32,000 bases of DNA from Acaryochloris marina S15 (GTDB lineage Bacteria > Cyanobacteriota > Cyanobacteriia > Thermosynechococcales > Thermosynechococcaceae), in assembly GCF_018336915.1 (NCBI RefSeq), contig NZ_CP064923.1, positions 2,190,001-2,222,000 of the forward strand, in the 5' to 3' direction. How positions within the stretch are numbered: position 1 is the first letter of the stretch; the number at the start of each line of letters is the position of its first letter. The notes below the pieces were generated by a model, which saw nothing but the letters and a program-made list of their open reading frames with translations, ran no database searches and was not told the origin of the DNA. The translations under genes were made by a program, and so were the position numbers. This document shows positions 26,716 through 32,000 of the stretch, piece after piece.

Positions 26716-28332
26716 GTGCCTCGACGACGCAATCCTTTTCGGTACCTTCGCGAATGGGTTTTAGTTCTACTCTTTATCGCGATGTTTGCGTTATGTGTGG
26801 TGGGATTTAATCAGCCTTCTTCTCCTCCTACCCAGGCTACCCAGACAGCTTCTGAACCACAACTTGGGATGAATTTAGGGGAGGTGGTAAGTTACACCAG
26901 TCAATGGCCGTTTGTGGATGCATTTAAGCTGTCTCGCCCTTGGTTCTCTGGGCGCGAAGGGGCTGCTTTTGATGAGGGAGGCCCCTTGCAACTCACCTCT
27001 GAAGGTTGGGTTGCGGCCTTAGAACCCAAGCATTTTGCCGAGACCGTGATCTTTGACAATGGCAAAGGTCACTACCCGGCTGGGAAATATACTCTGCTGT
27101 ATGACGGAGAAGGGGAGATTAGCTTTAACTTTGGTAGTGCCACCATTGCCAGTCAGCAGTCTGGACGGATGGTACTGGACGTAACGCCAATGGAGACGGG
27201 CATTTGGCTGAAAATCAGTCGGACAAATCCCCAAAATCCGATTCGGAATATTCGCTTGATTCTGCCGGGTTTTGAATATGCCTATCAGCAACGCTCCTTT
27301 CATCCATTGTTTCTAGAGCGGCTGCAACCCTTCAAAACCTTGCGGTTTATGGATTGGATGGAAACGAATGGCTCTGATATTCAAGAATGGAGCGATCGGC
27401 CCCAAGTATCGGATGTGACCCAAGCAGCTGGCAAGGGGGTGGCCTTAGAGTACATGATTGATCTGGCTAATACCCTGCAAGCGAACCCTTGGTTTACCTT
27501 GCCCCACAAAGCTTCGGATGATTATGTTCGTCAATTCGCGACGATGGTGCGTGATCGGTTAGATCCTGGGCTCAAGGTGTATGTGGAGTATTCCAACGAG
27601 GTGTGGAATAGCGCTCCCGACTTTAATCAACATCAGTATGCTCAGGCCCAGGGGTTAGGGTTGAAGCTGGCGGAGGATCCCTATCAAGCTAGCTTGCGCT
27701 ACTATTCCCAACGGTCCGTCGAGATTTTCAAACTTTGGGAATCTGTATTTGGCAGTCGAGATCGCCTGGTGAGGGTGTTAGCGTCTCAGTATGTGAATCC
27801 TTGGACTGCAGAGCAGGTGCTGACTTGGCAAGATGCTTACAAATCTGCAGATGCCTATGCCATTGCCCCCTATTTCAGTGGGGAATGGGATTATCTGGAG
27901 AACTTACCGCAACTCCTAAACAGCTCTGAAGCCGAAATTTGGCAAAAGATGGAGGCGGAAATTAGATCCTATGGACCGTTTCTGCGAGAGAACTATAGCC
28001 GTATCCGAGATGAGTTTGGGTTGGAGTTAATAGCCTATGAGGGAGGACAGCATTTAACCAGTGCCGCATTTAGCGAAGCGCATGAAAAGAAGATTACTCA
28101 ACTGTTTACCTCCCTCAACCGCCATCCTCGAATGGCCATGCTGTATCAGCAGTATCTCAATCAATGGCAAGAGGCGGATGGGGGATTGCTCTGTCATTTT
28201 GTAGATGTTTCACCCTATACCCGCTTTGGCAGTTGGGGAGCGCTGGAATATCAGAACCAACCTTTAGAAACTGCACCAAAATATCAGGCATTGGTGGACT
28301 TTATAGAGCAAGGTTCGCCTCAACAAAAATAA
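26716..28332 (+). CDS. signal-anchored putative TIM-barrel (clan GH-A-like) glycoside hydrolase, family unassigned
   Basis: N-terminal anchor WVLVLLFIAMFALCVV, and WPFVDAFKLSRPW near the start. The candidate acid/base is in VEYSNEVWN (Glu295, nt 27598-27600). The candidate nucleophile is in IAYEGGQH (Glu442, nt 28039-28041). The ~147-residue spacing fits the GH-A beta4/beta7 glutamates. GTG start. Confidence 0.55.
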   Translation: MPRRRNPFRYLREWVLVLLFIAMFALCVVGFNQPSSPPTQATQTASEPQLGMNLGEVVSYTSQWPFVDAFKLSRPWFSGREGAAFDEGGPLQLTSEGWVAALEPKHFAETVIFDNGKGHYPAGKYTLLYDGEGEISFNFGSATIASQQSGRMVLDVTPMETGIWLKISRTNPQNPIRNIRLILPGFEYAYQQRSFHPLFLERLQPFKTLRFMDWMETNGSDIQEWSDRPQVSDVTQAAGKGVALEYMIDLANTLQANPWFTLPHKASDDYVRQFATMVRDRLDPGLKVYVEYSNEVWNSAPDFNQHQYAQAQGLGLKLAEDPYQASLRYYSQRSVEIFKLWESVFGSRDRLVRVLASQYVNPWTAEQVLTWQDAYKSADAYAIAPYFSGEWDYLENLPQLLNSSEAEIWQKMEAEIRSYGPFLRENYSRIRDEFGLELIAYEGGQHLTSAAFSEAHEKKITQLFTSLNRHPRMAMLYQQYLNQWQEADGGLLCHFVDVSPYTRFGSWGALEYQNQPLETAPKYQALVDFIEQGSPQQK

Positions 28333-28502
28333 AGCTGACTTTATATTGGCTTTTCTTCTATTTGGGGCTTTGTTCAAGTTTAATCAGGAAGCTGTCTAGA
28401 TTTATGGGGGGCTGGGGAACCCTGCAGGGAAGGCTAATCGTCTCTAAGTCTAAGGGCTGAGTTTTAGAACTAAGACGGCAAGCGAGATGAATCCTCGCTA
28501 GA

Positions 28503-29987
28503 ATGAGAAAAGGTTACGAAATATTAAGCAACGTGTATATCGAACTTCCTGTAGTTGGCAAAGTCAAGAAACCTAAGGTGTGGGTGATTGGCCTTGTAAG
28601 CGCCATTGTCTTGTTGGGGGCAGTCGGGGCTAGATCTTTTGTCAATCGGTCTTCGGATAAACCCACCCTAGAAGACTTGACGGTCGAGGTGGAGTCAAAA
28701 GATGTCACCCTCCGGATTGACGCTAGCGGTAGTATCACACCGGCCAAAAGTGTCAACTTAAGTCCAAAGCAAGCAGGCGTTTTGGCAAAGCTGCTGGTAG
28801 AACAAGGAGATGAGGTTGAGAAAGGGCAGGTGATTGCCCGCATGGATACTCGTGATTTAGAAGGTCAATTAATTCAAGCGAATGCCTCTGTTGCTCAGGC
28901 AAAGGCGCGGCTGTCGGAGTTGCAGGCAGGTAACCGCCCGGAAGAAATTCAACAGGCTAGGGCTCGTTTAATCCGAGCGGAGGCCCAACTGGCCCAAATC
29001 GCGGGGGGTAATCAATTGGAAACTATTGCCCAGGTCCAAAGCCAAGTGGAGTCAGCAAAAGCCCGTTTGAGGTTGGCCTTGACTCGTCTGAATAGTTTTG
29101 AACAGCTTTATAAAGCAGGGGCAGAAACCCGCGATCGCAGAGATGAAGCACAAGCAGAAGCAGATACCGCCCGAGCCAACTTAAGAGAAGTGCAAAGACG
29201 TCTGCAAATTTTGCGGCAAGGGTCTCAACCTGCAGAGGTCCTAAGGGCTAAGGCTGATGTGGCGGAAGCTCGTCAAGCCTATCAATTGATGCAAAAAGGC
29301 AGTCGCCCCGAAGTGGTTCTGCAAGCAAAGGCAGCAGTAGCTGAGGCCCAAGGCCGTCAACGGGTGGTCATGACCCAGGTTAACGATACGATTATTCGGG
29401 CTCCCTTCGGAGGCATCATTACCCAGAAATTTGCGACGGAAGGGGCCTTTGTAACGCCCACAACTACCGCATCGAGCACTTCGTCGGCTACGTCGACTTC
29501 TATCGTGGCCTTAGCTCAAAAACTAGAGGTGTTGGCCACTGTTCCTGAAATCGATATTGGTAAGATTCGACCGGGGCAGATGGTTGAAATTCAGGCGGAT
29601 GCTTTCCCCGATCAGGTATTTAAGGGGCGCGTTCGGTTAGTGTCTCCAGAGGCGATTGAAGAGCAAAATGTGACTTCCTTCCAGGTCAGGGTAAACATTG
29701 CTTCTGGGCAAGACAAGTTGAGATCGGGAATGAATACAGATTTAACGTTCTTGGGTGACACTGTCGCGGACAGCATGGTTCTGCCAACCGGTTTGATTGC
29801 CACAAAAGATGGAAAAACAGGAGTCTATATTCCTGATGAAGATGGAAAGCCTAAGTTTCAGCCTGTAACGACAGGTTCGTCTATCAAGAATCAAACTCAG
29901 ATTCTGGAGGGGGTAACACCCGGTCAAAAAGTTTTTGAAACTTTCCCGGAAGGCCAAAAACCTGAAGATTTGAAAGAGGAAGAGTAA
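28503..29987 (+). CDS. HlyD/DevB-type periplasmic adaptor (membrane fusion protein) of an ABC exporter
   Basis: N-terminal TM (VWVIGLVSAIVLLGAV) and lipoyl half-motif GQVIARMD. A long coiled-coil hairpin carries three G-x-x-PE..(I/V/L)..A(R/K)A..AEA repeats. Also present are IIRAPFGGIIT and a Ser/Thr-rich TTTASSTSSATSTS segment. The exact start is uncertain because no SD precedes 28503. Confidence 0.85.
   Translation: MRKGYEILSNVYIELPVVGKVKKPKVWVIGLVSAIVLLGAVGARSFVNRSSDKPTLEDLTVEVESKDVTLRIDASGSITPAKSVNLSPKQAGVLAKLLVEQGDEVEKGQVIARMDTRDLEGQLIQANASVAQAKARLSELQAGNRPEEIQQARARLIRAEAQLAQIAGGNQLETIAQVQSQVESAKARLRLALTRLNSFEQLYKAGAETRDRRDEAQAEADTARANLREVQRRLQILRQGSQPAEVLRAKADVAEARQAYQLMQKGSRPEVVLQAKAAVAEAQGRQRVVMTQVNDTIIRAPFGGIITQKFATEGAFVTPTTTASSTSSATSTSIVALAQKLEVLATVPEIDIGKIRPGQMVEIQADAFPDQVFKGRVRLVSPEAIEEQNVTSFQVRVNIASGQDKLRSGMNTDLTFLGDTVADSMVLPTGLIATKDGKTGVYIPDEDGKPKFQPVTTGSSIKNQTQILEGVTPGQKVFETFPEGQKPEDLKEEE
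29131..29138. repeat. HIP1 octamer GCGATCGC
   Basis: Exact match, within the adaptor gene. Confidence 0.95.
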
Positions 29988-29989
29988 CC

Positions 29990-31207
29990 GTGGATATCCT
30001 CGAAAGCGTAAAAATGGCTTCAGCGACTCTGGTCGCCAACCGCTTGCGCAGTAGTTTGACGATGCTAGGAATGATTATTGGTAATGCGTCTGTCATTGCC
30101 ATGATTGCCGTTGGGCAAGGGGCCCAAAAGTATGCCTCAGGACAGTTTGAGTCCCTAGGACCCAACATTCTATTTATCGTTCCTGGAACTGATAAAGCCC
30201 GGCGGCAGACCTTTGAGGTACCGAAGACTCTGGTGTGGGCCGATGCCAAAGCCATTAAAGAAGCTGTATCTGCTGTTCAAGCTGTTATCCCTCAACTTCA
30301 GAATCAGTTGACCACTATCTATCAAGGATCGAATACAACGGCTTTGGTGATGGGGACAACAGATGACTATCCGATTGTGCGGAACCATGATGTGGCCAAA
30401 GGTCGATTCCTCAGCTCGCAAGACATCCAGCGAGGCAAGTTGGTGGCAGTGTTAGGCACTGACCTGGCCAAGCGATTGGTGGGGTCTGAAAATCCTATTG
30501 GCAAGCGAATTCGGATTAAAAACCTCAATTTTGAAGTGATTGGCCTGATGGAAGAGAAAGGCTCTTTCCTCGGGAGTAGTCAAGATGATGTGATATTCAT
30601 CCCCATTTCGACAATGGCAAATCGGGTGGTGGGATCTACATCCCCCTTTGGGACTGAGCTAACGTTTATCTCCGTCTCGGCTAAAGATGAAGCGAGTATC
30701 CCATCGGCAGAGTTTCAGATTCGTAATTTGTTGCGCATACGCCACAAAATTATTAACGAAGATGACTTTACGGTTCGGACTCAAAAACAGGCTTTGGAAA
30801 TCATTGGCAATATCAGCGGAGCCTTGACGATCATGTTGGCGGCGATCGCCAGTATCTCTCTGCTGGTGGGCGGCATTGGCATTATGAATATCATGCTGGT
30901 ATCTGTGACAGAGCGTATTCAAGAAATTGGTCTACGCAAAGCTATTGGGGCCTCCCAATCTGATATTTTGGTCCAATTTATGATTGAGGCTATTATCCTG
31001 TCCGCTGTAGGCGGCATGATTGGTACTTTTGTGGGCGTGGGTGGCACGGTGATGGTAGGCAGTCTCACCCCTTTGGAAACAGGTATTTCCGTTCCGGCTG
31101 TGATGTTGGCTGTTGGTGTCTCGGGTGGCATCGGGCTGTTCTTCGGGGTCGTCCCCGCTCGACGGGCAGCTCAACTCGATCCAATTGTGGCCCTTCGCAG
31201 TGCTTAA
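29990..31207 (+). CDS. MacB/FtsX-type ABC transporter permease (DevC-like)
   Basis: ANRLRSSLTMLGMIIG N-terminus, a large periplasmic domain, and a C-terminal FtsX region with ERIQEIGLRKAIGASQSDIL. It ends in ARRAAQLDPIVALRS. The GTG start lies 2 nt after the adaptor stop. Confidence 0.9.
   Translation: MDILESVKMASATLVANRLRSSLTMLGMIIGNASVIAMIAVGQGAQKYASGQFESLGPNILFIVPGTDKARRQTFEVPKTLVWADAKAIKEAVSAVQAVIPQLQNQLTTIYQGSNTTALVMGTTDDYPIVRNHDVAKGRFLSSQDIQRGKLVAVLGTDLAKRLVGSENPIGKRIRIKNLNFEVIGLMEEKGSFLGSSQDDVIFIPISTMANRVVGSTSPFGTELTFISVSAKDEASIPSAEFQIRNLLRIRHKIINEDDFTVRTQKQALEIIGNISGALTIMLAAIASISLLVGGIGIMNIMLVSVTERIQEIGLRKAIGASQSDILVQFMIEAIILSAVGGMIGTFVGVGGTVMVGSLTPLETGISVPAVMLAVGVSGGIGLFFGVVPARRAAQLDPIVALRSA
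30842..30849. repeat. HIP1 octamer GCGATCGC
   Basis: Exact match, within the permease gene. Confidence 0.95.
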
Positions 31208-31222
31208 GGGAAGGATAAGACT

Positions 31223-31981
31223 ATGACAACCACACAGCCGAAAGCTCAATCCCTGACGGAAGAGAACCCAGAACAGGCCATTATTCGCCTAGAGCAAATT
31301 ACCAAGTTTTATGGTGAGGGAGAAACGGAAGTCCGAGCCTTAGATGGTGTGAACCTGGTGATCAACCCTGGTGAATACTGCTCGATTATGGGGGCATCTG
31401 GATCCGGTAAATCCACCATGATGAATATGATTGGCTGTTTGGATAGACCTACTTCAGGACAGTATTTTTTGGATGGAGTGGATGTCGCTCAACTTACGGA
31501 TACTGAATTAGCCTTGGTGCGCAACCGCAAGATTGGGTTTGTCTTTCAGCAGTTTCATTTGCTGAGTCAGGTCAGTGCTCTAGAGAATGTAATGTTGCCG
31601 ATGGTCTACGCCAATGTGCCCGTAAAAGAGAGACGAGAGCGGGGTAAGGCAGCTTTAGAACAAGTGGGTTTAGGCGATCGGATTCGCAATAAACCCACTC
31701 AACTTTCTGGTGGACAACAACAGCGGGTAGCGATTGCTCGGGCTATTGTCAATGAGCCTGTTTTATTGCTGGCGGATGAGCCTACGGGGGCTTTGGACAC
31801 CAAAACGACGAATGAAATTCTGGACATCTTCTCAACTTTAAATGCAAGCGGCATGACGGTGGTGATGGTAACCCATGAGCCAGAAGTAGCGAAGACAACG
31901 CAGCGAGTCGTTTGGTTTCGAGACGGCCAAGTGGTTCATTCCCATCTCGACCCAGAAGAACTTCATACCACGGCTTTCTGA
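31223..31981 (+). CDS. ABC transporter ATP-binding protein (MacB/LolD/DevA-type)
   Basis: Walker A GASGSGKST, Q-loop FVFQQF, signature LSGGQQQRVAIARA, Walker B LLLADEPTGALD, H-loop VTHE. An AAGGGAAGGA SD lies upstream. Confidence 0.95.
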   Translation: MTTTQPKAQSLTEENPEQAIIRLEQITKFYGEGETEVRALDGVNLVINPGEYCSIMGASGSGKSTMMNMIGCLDRPTSGQYFLDGVDVAQLTDTELALVRNRKIGFVFQQFHLLSQVSALENVMLPMVYANVPVKERRERGKAALEQVGLGDRIRNKPTQLSGGQQQRVAIARAIVNEPVLLLADEPTGALDTKTTNEILDIFSTLNASGMTVVMVTHEPEVAKTTQRVVWFRDGQVVHSHLDPEELHTTAF

Positions 31982-32000
31982 AGCTGATTCGAATGTCGTT

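Noticed and set aside
28164-28460. 98-aa ORF spanning the end of the glycosidase-like gene and the following intergenic region
   Set aside because: It overlaps the strongly supported 538-aa frame for most of its length, and has odd composition and no motifs.
28920-29330. Three-fold internal repeat (G-x-x-PE..A(R/K)A..AEA) in the adaptor protein as a possible novelty
   Set aside because: Such heptad-like repeats are the normal coiled-coil hairpin of HlyD/DevB-family adaptors, so this is expected and not unusual.
1-32000. Search by eye for CRISPR arrays, IS elements/transposases, integrases, toxin-antitoxin pairs, restriction-modification or other defence genes
   Set aside because: I found no regularly spaced direct repeats, no terminal inverted repeats flanking an ORF, and no nuclease, helicase, RT or recombinase motifs in any listed ORF. 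The window appears to be core chromosome with a few accessory-looking genes.

Overview
This is a cyanobacterial chromosomal segment. Evidence: 10 exact HIP1 octamers (GCGATCGC) in 32 kb, a CyanoP (PsbP-like) lipoprotein and a DevBCA-type exporter. About 32 genes are tightly packed on both strands. Most are recognisable housekeeping genes: tRNA-Ala(CGC), hemF, mtnP, infC, birA, pgeF, pgk, hisS, a GH13 amylase-family enzyme, M48/M23/S8 peptidases, a LysR-pirin divergent pair, Usp, and YciI-like and DUF2470-like small proteins. I found no CRISPR array, transposase, integrase, rRNA or obvious defence genes, and no compelling wholly novel system. The items most worth a second look are listed here. 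(1) An AT-rich, HIP1-free locus encodes a split guanylate-cyclase-like NO sensor: a stand-alone H-NOX protein overlaps by 29 nt a hybrid histidine kinase whose N-terminus looks like the H-NOX-associated (HNOBA) domain, with no HPt or response-regulator partner in the window. (2) A tightly coupled operon runs pgeF, then an archaeal-type CTP-dependent riboflavin-kinase-like (DUF120-like) ORF, then an unassigned two-TM protein. (3) A subtilase with a polytopic C-terminal membrane domain is co-transcribed with a 74-aa protein. (4) A surface-glycan/export neighbourhood contains a Wzy/O-antigen-ligase-like protein, a secreted TIM-barrel glycosidase-like protein of unassigned family, and a MacAB/DevBCA-type tripartite ABC exporter. 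(5) Several unassigned proteins, a start-less open frame near the 5' edge, and an 875-bp gene-poor gap. All functional calls come from by-eye motif recognition and need HMM or BLAST confirmation.
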